Shown here: positions 26,521 through 38,478 of the stretch, one piece after another
Layout of the letters: every line of letters begins with the position of its first letter
How positions within the stretch are numbered: position 1 is the first letter of the stretch
Assembly (NCBI GenBank): GCA_036172245.1
Contig: JAYWIR010000016.1
Span: 1,922,001 to 1,986,000 of the forward strand
Direction of reading: 5' to 3'
Source of the DNA: Raillietiella orientalis
Taxonomy: Eukaryota
Length of the DNA: 64,000 bases
Program-made: the position numbers and the translations under genes
Notes under the pieces: model-generated
Databases searched by the model: none
Told to the model about the DNA's origin: nothing
What the model saw: the letters and a program-made list of their open reading frames with translations, nothing else

Positions 26521-28100
26521 TTGACACTTGGTTACGCCGGGGTGTTTATTTATAAAAAAATAAGCATATATGTCTGTGGCAGGACGTTTGATCCTGCCAC
26601 ATTACTTATAACTACGAGAACGAACCTGCCGGGAACTGGCACGAAGGCCAACGGGATTCGCCTCGGTAGCACAGGGGAAGGGAAGACAAGCAAAAAGAAA
26701 AAAATAATGGAAGAAACATTTTTTTGACTGCAAATAAAGTCAAAAAAATGAAGGGGAGGGGGAGGTTCGAGAAGGGATCACCGTGTGCTGGCGGGTGTGC
26801 TCTGCATCATTGAAAGTATGCCGGAAACTTCCTGTTTCAAGACTCCCAGATGGGGCCATCTTGACGCTACCTCATCAGAAGGACAGCAAAGTGCTGCTGG
26901 GGGCATCCCCAGCAGACCGGTCTGAGGGCGTCGCGCAGGAAGAGGTGCTTTACAACGTCTCTGGAGTTGCCGCCAGGGGTTTCAAGAGTCTCATCAAAGC
27001 GTCCCAGAAGAATCCAGAAGGCAAAGCAGTCCACTCGAAGGTGCGGGAGGGATTCCCGCTCCCCGCACCTGGCACAGATCGGATCCCCCCTTCCCTCCCC
27101 CCATGTCCAATGATGCCGGCGGGCGTTGCACAGGAGGCCCCAGTGCAGCAGAATCAACGTCGACTCCTGCCTCTTTAAGAAGAGAGCACGGGTGTTCATG
27201 AGCACCAAGGATCACTGCAGGTCTTCCTCCGGAATACCCAATAGCACGCCCCAACGCAAAAGTCCATGGGGTCGAGCATTAGGGGTCGCAGCGTCGGTTA
27301 GCTGACCCGTCGTCCTCTCGCCCAGTCCTCTTCTTCCGGAGATTTCTGCAGTAATCTCCCATTTGGCCGTAAGGCTGCTGTCCAGATACTCCCTAAGGGA
27401 GGGCAGCGTAGCAGCGAGGGAGGTTCTGTTTGCCCATGCATTCTTCGCGGGATCTTCCAGGATCTCCCGGAGCGTGCAGTTGTTGCTGCGCGCGTACAGG
27501 AAACGTCGCCCCTGTTCCGCGCTTGGCTCCTGGATCCTCCTTCACGTGCGAACTGTTTCCTGCAACCACACACTAATGTTCGTGGGGAGCGGTACGAGAT
27601 CCATCCGTTCGTGGCCAGCGTGGCCACCTGCCGAAGGTGCAGTCCACAGTGAATAAGACTGCATTGGGGGCGCGCAAGGAAGGACGCGAGTCCCACGCTG
27701 CCAGGTGCTTGTTGGACAGGAAGACATGCAGGTTGGTACCAGGTGATGCTCCAGAGGTTTGCCACTAGGGCAAATGTTCGAAACCGGAGCTGTAGCTCCA
27801 TTTGCTCCAGCGTCAGGAGGTCTAGAGCGTCGTCCCGGCGTGGAACACACAAGTTTTTCAGGAGGACTCGGGGCCTCCCTTTGCCCCGGAGGGCGATCCG
27901 GAGGAGGTCCTTCGTCCGCGTCCTAATGCTGCATGGAGGGGAGCAAAAAAAAATCAGGGGGGGGAGGAGGAAGACCACGCGTTCCATACTGTGGCCCGTT
28001 CCTGCAAGTAAAAACCCGTCTCTTTGAAACGGGCCGAGCTCCTGCAGTGCTTTACGGCACTGGTGGAAGCCGGAAATCGGCTGCCCCCTTTGACTGGCCG
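26521..28100 (-). mobile_element. 5'-truncated Tx1-like LINE, subfamily A
   Basis: LLRIALRGKGRPRVLLKNLCVPRRD, DPICARCGERESLPHLRVDC, RDVVKHLFLRDAL; terminal AATAAAC-ACCCCGG motif. Confidence 0.85.
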
Positions 28101-29599
28101 AGATTGGAAGTTGACTCTCCGGGGACCTTGCAGGAGTCAAGGAACCAGTTCCCTCCTGAGCTCCCCTCCGGTTGTGAAAAGGAAGACATACTATGGAGCT
28201 GGTTGAGAATATACCCCTCGGAGGGTTGCCTCTCTAGAATGTTAAATGCACTGCGCCCTTCGGGAAAGTGCTCTTCAGAGAATTGTGGAGGCTTCTCTTT
28301 AGGGTCCTCTTTAGAGGAGGAAATACGGAGCGCTTCTCTTCGGAGAAGAAATTCCAGGAGCAGATCCTTTCCGGGAGGACCCCTCCGAGAGAATATGGAA
28401 GAGTCCCTGCCAAGCGTAAGAGGAACGAACTCCTTCCTCCTGATTCTTCCTGGATCCAAAGGGTAATCCCTCCGAGTTGTTCCATAACTATTGAATTGTT
28501 TGTAGTGCCCTCGTGTGGCGTGCACTGTGTTTAAAGAGCTTTTGGACCCCCTCTTCCCCCTTTCCCCTCCTCACCGGAGGCAGACGGTTTTTCAGAACTC
28601 TTTGAGAACCAAAAAAAAAAAGTTGGAAAAAAGGCAGCGAAAACAGAAGAACCCAAAAGGATTTCCATTTCCATCCAAGGCCATCAGAAGAGATTGCAGA
28701 GGACCACATCAGCAAGATAGCTTTGCTTTTGTGGACAATCGTATCCTCGGATTCGAATGAAGAAGCATTGTCATCGTAGCCGACCGCGTCATCTCTGACC
28801 TCAGGTTCGAGTCAGCAGCTTCATATTTGATTTCTAAGCTTCGGATGCTTTGAATGAATTTGAATGAAATTGCACAAGATGATCATACGCTGGAGACAGC
28901 AGTCTCTCTTCCATTCTTTTCTGTGAACATATGAAATGTTTTGCTGAGGGTGCATCTGTCAAATGCTACCCACAAAACGCTCCATAAAGTAATCTGCATC
29001 CCATCCTTAAAGTTGGCATCTGCCTTGAAAAGCTTTGTAGTCTTTTATGGTGAGCGTTAGCCGCCTTCATTGGATTTCTTGGGAAATGCCATTCCTATGC
29101 TGTCTAAAAATACCTTATAGGATCGAATGAAAGAGGCAGCAGAAGTTGGATCAGAGTCTGTTTGCTTTTAGCGCTTAAGTGGAGCTCCATGAAGATCTGC
29201 AGAGCACTTTCAAACTCCCCACTTGTACTCCTGATCCCAGCTGTCCGTGTTGATCAGGAACTTGTGGGATTTTTGCGTCGTTCAACAATTCCCTGGGCGG
29301 ATCCATGGCAACATGGGAAGAGGCCTGCTGCCACCCGGTAACATTCCCATATCAAGATCTGCTCATCCGCACCAGAAATCAGGACTGAATGCACTGATCT
29401 TTCGCGCATCCAAGGTGATATCCAGAGCGGTTTCGAATTTCAAGTAGATCGCCCAGCAGATCCTGAGCACATTCTTGATGCACGTTGAGAGCTTCGGTGG
29501 CCACATGCGTTTAGCCACGCAGCATTTAGCAGCGTGGTCGATGAAGATGCTTGCGGGACCGCAACTCGGAGAGATCTTATCCAGTGCTCAAGCATTTTG

Positions 29600-30130
29600 C
29601 TGATCTCAACGAGAGAACCTTGAAAAGTTTTATGAGATTTTGTGCTGCAAGAGTCGGCATGGAAGATCGGTAGGATCACCCAAGATCTGCTTCAAAGTTG
29701 TACTTGCAACATCACGACGGATAGTCACCGCTGTTCTCAAGTGTGCTGGTTCGTTTATCACCAAGCTGGAGTGCAGAGACGTTTTCAAGAAAGCATATCC
29801 AAGATCCAAGAAAGCTGTTCTCAAGTGTGCAGTTCGGTTTGGTTGTCATGGCTACTACGCACATTCGCTCTTCGCGTCTCATCCGAATCATCCAACATTC
29901 CCTGTTGCGTAGCTCGCAGACTATATCGCCCAAGCTGTTCAAAACATCTTCATAGAACAGCTCAGCGGCAGATCGACGAGCAGAATGCTGCACGCTAAAG
30001 TCTTTGTCCAGACTTGGCTGGCATTTGTGCTCGTTATCATGGAAATCATAATAGGCCGAAGTAAATCTTTATTGCAGAATTGTGCGCATAAAGAGGTGAA
30101 AGAAGGAATCAACACTTGAAGCACTGTTCG
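29600..30130 (-). mobile_element. Very degenerate non-LTR RT fragment of a different family
   Basis: LPLSCSMKMF (cf. RPIxLxSxxxKLF) followed by AFLDLGYAF (cf. FLDLxKAF); many stops. Confidence 0.4.
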
Positions 30131-31734
30131 ATTGAGTGACTGTACGCGTTATCTGTGCGCTGGGAGTCCTCGAGTGTGAGGGGAACCTGATGGAGGGTTC
30201 CAGCTCTCTTCCCCATGTGCTCTTCCCAAAAGAAAGTATCTGTCTCATCGATCAACTCGCATGTGTGGCCGAACAGAGGAAGCAAAAGATATTCTCCGGC
30301 ATCGCTCCGGTGAAGGTTTCTTCCGTCCGTAGACTGGAATGCAGCGAGCGCAGCCCTCAGAATCCCAACTCTGAGAATTAGAGAATTAGGACTCCGTCGG
30401 AAAAATCCCAGTTGCTCGATAGCCTGAAAAGGTGGCCCTGACAACTGAAACTTTCACTTCGCTTTTCCGGCGTCCGCTTAAGGCTCTTGGCACACTGAGT
30501 TGGAAGGGCGGGGATATTCCCATCCTGTCAACCATTTGAGGGAGAGATCACCGGTAACACGCAAGCTGGTCCAGAAAACGAACTGGAAAAGTTTCCAGCA
30601 GGGGACACAAGATGTGAGGAAGGAATTTGTTCCATGGAAGCTATTCTGAATGAACCTCTCAGCTCAGGTTCACTGATTCCTTCCTGTGAACGCAACTGAA
30701 TCCTTGTTTGGAAGGACAGCACTAATACCAAGATGGAAATTACGAATGCTAAATTCAGGTATTTCATGATGAAACAAAATCCTTCCGTTCTTTGCTGTCT
30801 CTTGAGGCTCCTGTAAAGTCACTCGTCTTTTAAGAAGAATTATGAAAATGCTGATCAGAATTCATCGTCTTGAATCACCTCTGGTAAACACTTCGTTCAG
30901 CATTGTGTTCCTCAAGCAATTGACGCTCAAAGGAATTGCTTCTATCTTCTGAGGAAGAAAGAAGAAAAAATCATTGAAGGCATATGAAGTCTTATTTGGG
31001 TCAGACGCAGGAGGAGAGATCAACCCCAAATGATAAAAAATTCCAACTTGTTCCAAGATGAGACGACATCAGCTGTAAGCAAAACTTGGCGATGTCTTAG
31101 GGGGGTACGTACCTAAGGGATTCGAAGAGAAAGAGATCATGGACTTGGAGGGAAAATTTCCGATCTAGGAACAACAAATTTCCATCGGCAAGATGATTCC
31201 AACGTTCGCTCATCCACCAAACTCAGATGGAAACTTGAGAGGTACTTGAGATGTACAGTATCTAAAGAGAGACCCACGTAGTTGGCGAATTTAGCAACCG
31301 TCTGACTATCAGTTAGCCTACTGCGTAAACTAAATGTCTTTATGCTGCTTTGTCTATCAAGTTGCTTCGAGATAGGTTGCTGATGTGTCTGTTGCGACGA
31401 GTCCTCTCCAGTCCTAACTGATGAAACTATTCTTAGAATGTCTAGTGAGGAAGACTGAGGTTTGGTACCAGTATGTAACGAAAGACAGCAATTGCGAGGT
31501 GTTTGAGAAAGCTTCAGCCTTTATAAGGCAACTTCCTGATCCTGCAAAACTTCCAACAAGAGTTCACACAAGGGGGTAGTGCTGCAAGTGTCACCGTAAC
31601 AACACTACAGGAGATTAGAATACAGCCAATACAGCCGACCCCCTCCATTGTTCGGACGTGCATTCCTGTCGATTCTTGTCTTTGGAATTTTTTCGCTTGT
31701 TCCTTTTGGGTGTGGTGTGAATTTTCGAAAGAAG

Positions 31735-33662
31735 ATGAAGCCAACACCTGCTTGCATGGAGGTGGAGGAATCCCCTGCGCTGCAGGACCTTCTTCGGGAA
31801 GAGTGGAAGCCTCCACCGATCGTACCTCGCCTCCAGCGAGAAGTTTTGCCTCCGTTGCTAAGGCAGCGGCGGCTCACGGAGCCCCACCCGACGAGGCAGA
31901 GCTACGGGCGTATGCCGCAAACGGCTACAATCCCCCTCTGGCCTACAAGGTCAGTGCCGCCTACCGGGATGGGACGGGAGACTAGCTCTGGAGCGAGCTG
32001 GAACGCGTCGGGGTCCGAGAGGACGATCTCCTGGCATTAATGCCGGTGAGCGCGGTAGGCCATTGGGAGGTGCACTGCAAGGATGCAGCCCTCGTCCAGC
32101 GCCTGCTGCGAACGCCCCTTAAAATCAGGGGTAAGGAGGTCGTCCCCTCGGCCCTGGACCATTCGTTCGTGGTCCAACTCTCGGGCATTCGGCCGAGAAT
32201 CGCCGACCGCGATTTGATCAGCGCGCTGGAGGCGTTCGCCACAGTGCACGCCTTGTGGAGGCGCGCGAATCCAATCAATAAGGTTGCGCGCCTCTCTTGC
32301 GGACTCGCCACGGCGCGCGTCACCATGGACGACCGGAGGCTGATGCCTTCGCAGATCCTCCTCGGTGACGTCGTCGTCTATCTCCGGTTTGCCGGGCAAA
32401 CCCCTGCATGCGGCAACTGAGGAAAGGAGGGCCACCGTCCGCGGAAGTGCCCAACACGCAGTTGCCGATACTGCAAACTGCTCGGCCACTCGATTAACCG
32501 AGTGCACCGAGCTGAAACGCAAGAGGCGGGCGAGAGACCTCCCCGCAACATCGCCGTCCGCGCCGACTCCATCCGCCCCGTCATCGGGGAAGAAATCCGG
32601 CGCGAACGAGGATCCGCAGCGGAGAAGTAAAAAGTCCGCTTGCGCGAGCGTTTCTGGGAGCAATGCTCCCCAAAAGCCCGCGCGAAAGGACAAAAAGTTT
32701 CAGCAAGCTGCTGCAGTAAAGCCCCGAGCGACCCAGTCCGCCGACGACATCGGGCAGGCTGCAAAACCGCCACTTCCGTCCGCTCCCGCTCCGCAGCGGA
32801 ATAGCGGTGGCACGCCCGTAAAGTCCACCGGAGCAACGAAAAAGGGGTCGCGCGCCCCTTTGCCCGCGAAAGTCAAGCCGGCCACGGCGAGCCGATCAGC
32901 GGCAAAGGCTGAAAAGCCTCGCGCGATCTCAAAGGATCCCGCCACTCTGCCCGCACCTTCCGGTAAGGAGGAGCATAAGGCAGACGTGGTGAAGGACACA
33001 CTGGCCGCCATCGCCGCATCGGAGGCCTTGGAAAGGATGCGGAAGCCCTCGCGCCCAACCGAGGCAAACCCGAGGGCGACGAGGTTGGCTGGACCTGCGT
33101 TGGAGGAAGGAAGAAGGAGCGCAAACCGCGCGATCCTTCCCACTTCCCCATTAAAAAGGTAGGCGGGGTGAAGAGGCAGCACCGCGCGCCAAGGAAGGCG
33201 CAAGAAAAAGCCTCTGCTGCCGCCGCGCGCGCCGTCGCAAACACCCGCGGCGAGAGGGGAGCTGCCGAAGCCGTGACCCCGAAAGGGGGATCGGCGACGA
33301 AGGCACCCTCTAAGAGTGCTGGACCAGCTCCGAGCTGCCAGCAGAAGAAACGGCAGGCGAAACGCCCGCCGCGCGCACGGAATTCGGACTCCGAGGTGGA
33401 GTCCGAGGGCAGCGCAAAGTCTGGCCAAACCCCGGTCAAGGCCAGGGCTGCGCGCAAGCCAAAACTTGCCAGGCAAGAGCCTGATGCCGGGAACGGTTCC
33501 CGATGCTCCTCGGAGCCCGAGGCAATGGTCCTCAACTCCACCGAGCCAGCCGCGAGCGGCACGGCGGAGACAGGGAGCGCTTGCGCTCACCCACCCGCCG
33601 TGCTCCCGGCTGATGCCTCGCAGGACGGGGCGAGGAACGCACCTTCATGTCCGCAGCAGTGA
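31735..33662 (+). pseudogene. LINE ORF1p (RRM-like domain, two CCHC knuckles, basic low-complexity tail), disrupted
   Basis: GYNPPLAYKV...WEVHCKDAALVQRLL...FATVHALW...YLRFAGQTPACGN*GKEGHRPRKC..CRYCKLLGH; TAG at 31983, TGA at 32418, frameshifts. Confidence 0.85.
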
Positions 33663-33922
33663 TGCGCGGTCTCGCATCTTCTCGTCGCGTCCGAGTGGCC
33701 TGTTGGAACGTCAACGACAACGAGGAGAGGCGATCGGTTGCTAACGTCTTGCGCGACTTCGATCTGGCCCTGCTGCAGGAGATTCACGCTTTCTCCGAAC
33801 AGCATGCGGCCAATCTGGCAGTTCGCGCAGGCGGGACGCTCCATTGGAGGTCAGGCTCCCAGAATACCTCCGGAGTAGCATTCCTTGTCCTTGGCAGGGT
33901 GACGGGGGCGGTGCGGAGCGTT
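33662..33922 (+). pseudogene. LINE ORF2 N-terminus (APE endonuclease, 5' part)
   Basis: RVRVACWNVN..DFDLALLQEIH..SGVAFLV. Confidence 0.88.
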
Positions 33923-34137
33923 TGTTTCTACGTTTTCACCCTGTCAAGCCGGGGCGTTTATTGAAAAACTAACAGTATTTGCGGTAGAAGGCCCCTCTGC
34001 GGCCAATAGTTCTATGGAGCTGTCGGGTGGTCAGTGCACTGACCGACTCCACGTCAACGGATGGGGTTAGGGAAAAAACAAAAATAAAAAAAAATAAAAA
34101 AGTAGAAACACCTGTCATTTGGAGGGCCAAGAAGGGA

Positions 34138-36570
34138 TCACTGCCCGTTGCGTGGAGCTTCCATCCTTTGCAGGATGCCGACGAGGTCCTGGTAAAGATT
34201 TCCCAGTTGGGGCCATCGGGATGCTATCCGCAGAAAGCGAGCAGCAAACTCCATGGCATGCCTTCCGTTAACATCCTCTGCTTCGTCGGATCCACTCCAA
34301 GCTGCCACAATACCGCGTACGCAGCAGAGAGCTGCTATTACAGCGGCTGGCTGCAGGGCGTCCCACACGAAGAGGAGCCGAAAAACGTCTCTGGGAAGCC
34401 TACCTTCCAGGATCCCTAAGGTGGAACCGAAACGTTCCCACAGGGGCCGGAGGGCAGCACACTCAACTAAAAGGTGCGGGAGGGTTTCCCGCTCCCCACA
34501 CCGGGCACAGTTTGGGTTTACACTTTCCCCGTGTCGAAGAAATATTCGACTGCCGTAGCCGGGGCGGACATTAGGAGCAGGAGCAGGAGATCGTCGGCAT
34601 ATGCGGACACGGCAGGCGTGCCGGGGCACGAGCTTGGCAAGGCAGCCAAAGTCATCCTGTATGCTCTAAGCAGAACCTCGAAGTAGGTGCTAAAGAGCAG
34701 GGGACTGAGGCTATCGCCCTGCCGAATCCCGCGGCGCACCGGCACACCGTACCCGTTGTGCCCTCTGAAACAGATGTTTGTTAACGCGGCGCGCCAGCAG
34801 GAGCGCAGGTACGCCGTTAAAGTAGGAGGGTAGCCCATGCGATGCAGAAGCTCCAGGAGGAGCTCCTGGTCCACGCAGTCGAACGCTCTATGAAGATCAA
34901 CTGCGATCGCTAGGGCACCCTTACCCGCCCGGCTGTCCTTATTCTGACCAGTGATCACCCTTAGATTGGGGTTGCCGAGAGATCCTTTGCGTTCTTTTAT
35001 TTCTTCTTGCACATGGAACCATGTGCTGGCGAGGAACAGGTTAGCCTCCATACTTCGCCCGGGAACAGCGTAAGTCTGCTCCGGGCTAATTACGGATTCG
35101 GCTACCTGTCCGAGCCGCGCAGCCCACAGTTTCGCGACCAACTTGACGTCCGTATTCACGACAGTGATCGGACGCCAGTTGGTTAGCTTACGGAGGTCTC
35201 CTCCCTTAGGAAGGAGCCTCATCCTAGCTGAACGAAACGAGGCGGGAACATCGCCTTCTTCCAGGATCAGCTTCGTCAATCTGTGCACCAAAGGGGTCAA
35301 CTCTGCCGCTAAGCTTTGAAAAAACTCCGCGGGCAGGCCGTCCTCCCCTGGTGCCTTCCGCCTCTTGAGCCCTTTTATCGCAGTGAAGATTTCACCGGTC
35401 ATGAAAGGCTCGTCGAGACTTTCTTTCTCTTCCTCCCCTATGGCCAGGGTTCCTTCCGGGAGCAACAGTCGCGAGGCGTTTCGCTCGGGAAGCGCCCTGG
35501 CGTACAGGGAGGAATAAAATTTTCTCAGCATGTGTCGAATCGCTGAAGGGGCCAAGTGTTCGCGGTCCTGGTCGTCCAGCAGGGTGGGCGGACCGGACTG
35601 CCAAGCTTGACGCTCAGCCCCGGCTCGGTACTCGGCCAGGCGACGGACGTTGGGGGTCCTCGCGTAACGACGGGCGTATAAATACGCCCTTTCGTTGCGA
35701 GTTCCTTCCCCAAACCCGGAGGGAAGGCGCCCCAGGGGAAACTCCTCACAGAACTCGCGGACCGAACGCTTGAAAACGTCCCAATCCTCGAGATTCCGGA
35801 GGGTGACGCCTCTCAGGAATTGGCGGAGATGATCCGCCGCACCTGGGAGCCTCGTCCAATTCCCCGGTAGACGCCACGCCCTGGATGGGGGTCCTTTATC
35901 GCGTGGCCAGACATCGAACATCAGACGGAAATGGTCGGACAGCGTCGACGGGAGCCTTCCTCGTGTACCGACTCGAGTACACAGGTCGTGGTCGAGGAAA
36001 ACATGGTCGATGCTGTCCTCCTTTTCCGGGTGTCCCTCCATCAAGTTGCGCGCGCGCATGGCGGAGCACAACTCGATCGGCACGTTCTTTTGCGTGCAGC
36101 ACGCACCTGAGATCAGGCGGAGGTTAGAGTCCCCGGCTATCAGGTGGGCCTTGCGCACTCCTGCATCTGTCAGCCAGTCGCCTGGTACTGGAAGAACTGA
36201 GTTTTTTCCGCGTACCCTTTGCTGCCGCTCGGACCATACACGTTGGTAACGATGAGATCGATCGTGTCGGACCAGCATAGAATCATCTGTCCAACACGAC
36301 CGTTGTCATCGAAGCGTACGTTCCTCACGGAGGCGTCGACGGCTGGCTTCAGGAAGAACGCGACACCGCGGGTGTTGCGTTCGCCGCATCGCCAATACAA
36401 CCGACCCCCTGCGATCCTCTCGATCTCCTCGACGTCTCTTCCAGTGATCACGTGGATCCCCTGCAGAAGCGCCAGGTCGAATTCTCGCAGGGTGTCGGCT
36501 GTATCTCGCCTGTTGCCTTCGTCGCGCAGCCCGTTGACATTCCAACAGGCCACGCGGATCCGTCGGCGAC
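34138..36570 (-). pseudogene. LINE ORF2 (APE-RT-ZnF) of nested element, frameshifted and internally deleted
   Basis: ORFs 36170..36553, 34518..36278 and 34138..34629 align consecutively with ORF2 at 38479-41757. Confidence 0.9.
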
Positions 36571-36585
36571 AGGCGAGCCCAGGGG

Positions 36586-38387
36586 TTATTCCTGAGAACG
36601 TGGCAGTGCGGCTCCCGCCACCTTATCGGGCGGGACGGATGGAGGAGGGGGTGCATCGCGCACCGGTTCTCCCTCCTCCATGGAGGCCGATCCGGATACA
36701 GGCCTCATCGAGGTGGGCAGGCAGGTATCTCCTACCTGCACTTCCTCCTCCATGAGGTCCGATTCGCCGGCTGGGCCGGTCGGTGGAAGGGAAAGGTTGT
36801 CACCTACCTGTTCCCTCTCCTCCATTGGGGTTGACAGCTGCTCGGTCGCGGGGAGTGGAATATTACCTCCCTCCGTTCTCACGCTGCCGGCTTCCCCCCC
36901 GGCTGCCGGTGCGTCCTCATCCTCTTTCTTTGTCGGGAGTCGCTTCCTAGGATTCTTGGACTTGCGTCCCGTCTTCTTTGGAGGCGCCTCCGCGGAGGAG
37001 GACGCACTACCGGCATCCGGATCAGTATCACCTTCTTCAGGTGCCTTCATCGCGGCCGGCCTTCTCAAGGCTTTTCGCGCCGGGATCTCGTGGCCGACAA
37101 GTTCAGCCTCGAGCTCTTCCGCCGCCTGCTCGAAGGCGGCGTCCTCGATTACGGACAGCGCGTCGTAAGGCTCCTCCTCTGTTTTCAGAGAGGGTTCTCC
37201 TTCGGGGATCGCGGCTTCCACGCAAACGAGGCGGGGGATATCTCCCCCGGTGGTGACCTCTAAGGCCTCCACGCGCTAAAAAGTGACCGAGCTTTCGCGG
37301 AGTAGTGCGCGGCGCTCTCTCCTATTCAGAGGTTTCGCCGCTGTTTCCGCTTTCGTGGCTTCGGTTTTCTTGGCTTTCTTTTGCTTCACCGTCCGCCAGC
37401 TTCCTCATCAGCGCCGTCGGGAGTTTTCTCGACCGGCGATTGCTGAGAGGGTTCGGGGTCTGGCTTCTGGCTACGCCTGGCTGTAGCCTTCATCGGCTTC
37501 GACGTTTTTTCCGCGCGTATCCCCTAAGCTTTTTTCAAAGCGGGGCGAGCCAAAGTTACGCGCTTTGGGCACACTTTCCGGAGGTGGCCCTTCTCTCCGC
37601 ATGAGAAACACTCGATGTGAAGGCACCGTTTTTTCAGGTGCCCTGTCGCATCTCAGTGTCCGCAGTACTTGGGTTTCCCCACGTACCAGACATCGACCTT
37701 TTCGTTGGCGACGTCTAGCTTGTGGGGTAACCCATCGTTCTCATGCACGGTTACACGCGCTGCGGCCATGCCACTAAACAGCCTTCCATAGGATTGTAAG
37801 ACGTTGGGCTTGCTCCAGAGCGCGTGAACCGTGCCGAACTTGCTGAGTTCCTCCTGCACGCCCTTCGTCGACATGCGGAGGGTAACTCCCGTGAGGTGCG
37901 CTACTACCGAGCGGTCCTCAGTTGCAGGAAAGAGCTTTCTGCCTTCCAGCGTAATGGGGGTGTTCAGCAGGCGTTGAGCCAGGCTTGCATCCTTACAAGT
38001 CAACTCCACCCGCTGACCACCGCTCAACACTGAAAGACCTTCCAACTCTTCTTCTTTAACATTAAGCCGCTGCAACTCCCTCTCGAAGTTGCGAGCGGTA
38101 TTTCCAAGAAAGATATTGCCTACCTTATAGATGAGGGGCGGCTTGTACCCTTGTTCTTTATAGGCTGTTTGTTCGGTCATGGCAGCAGCGGATGGTGCCG
38201 CAGCCACGGCGCTCCAGGTCCTCGTCGTTGGCGAGGATGGCTCCGAGGACACGCTTGCACCCTTTTTCAAGGGGACCGATGCCCTAGCCTCCGTGGGGGC
38301 GATCGCCCCCACCACCATGGGCTGGGGAGAGGAACTAGCCTCTCCTACTCCAATCTCCATCGCGGTGTCCGCTGGCATTTCTGCCAT
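36586..38387 (-). pseudogene. LINE ORF1p of nested element (RRM-like, two CCHC knuckles, acidic tail), disrupted
   Basis: GYKPPLIYKV...VELTCKDASLAQRLL...WYVGKPKYCGH*DATGHLKKRC..CFSCGEKGHLRKVC; TGA at 37653-55, further TAGs at ~37524 and 37276. Confidence 0.85.
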
Positions 38388-38478
38388 GGGACACCGACGA
38401 TGAGCCACTCTAACAAACGAAAGGAAATAAAAAAAACTTCCCAAGCTGAAGCAGTTGGAGTGCAGGAAAAACACGTCC

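Larger units (their letters stand above)
33934..38478 (-). mobile_element. Nested near-full-length Tx1-like LINE, subfamily A, with internal deletion in ORF2
   Basis: ORF1 from ATG 38387; APE (ACWNVNGL, NVYGPSG, DHVF, SDH); RT (WRPIT, AFDCV, GIRQGDSLSP, YADD); zinc finger PNCARC; terminal hairpin motif at 33934-33962. Confidence 0.92.
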
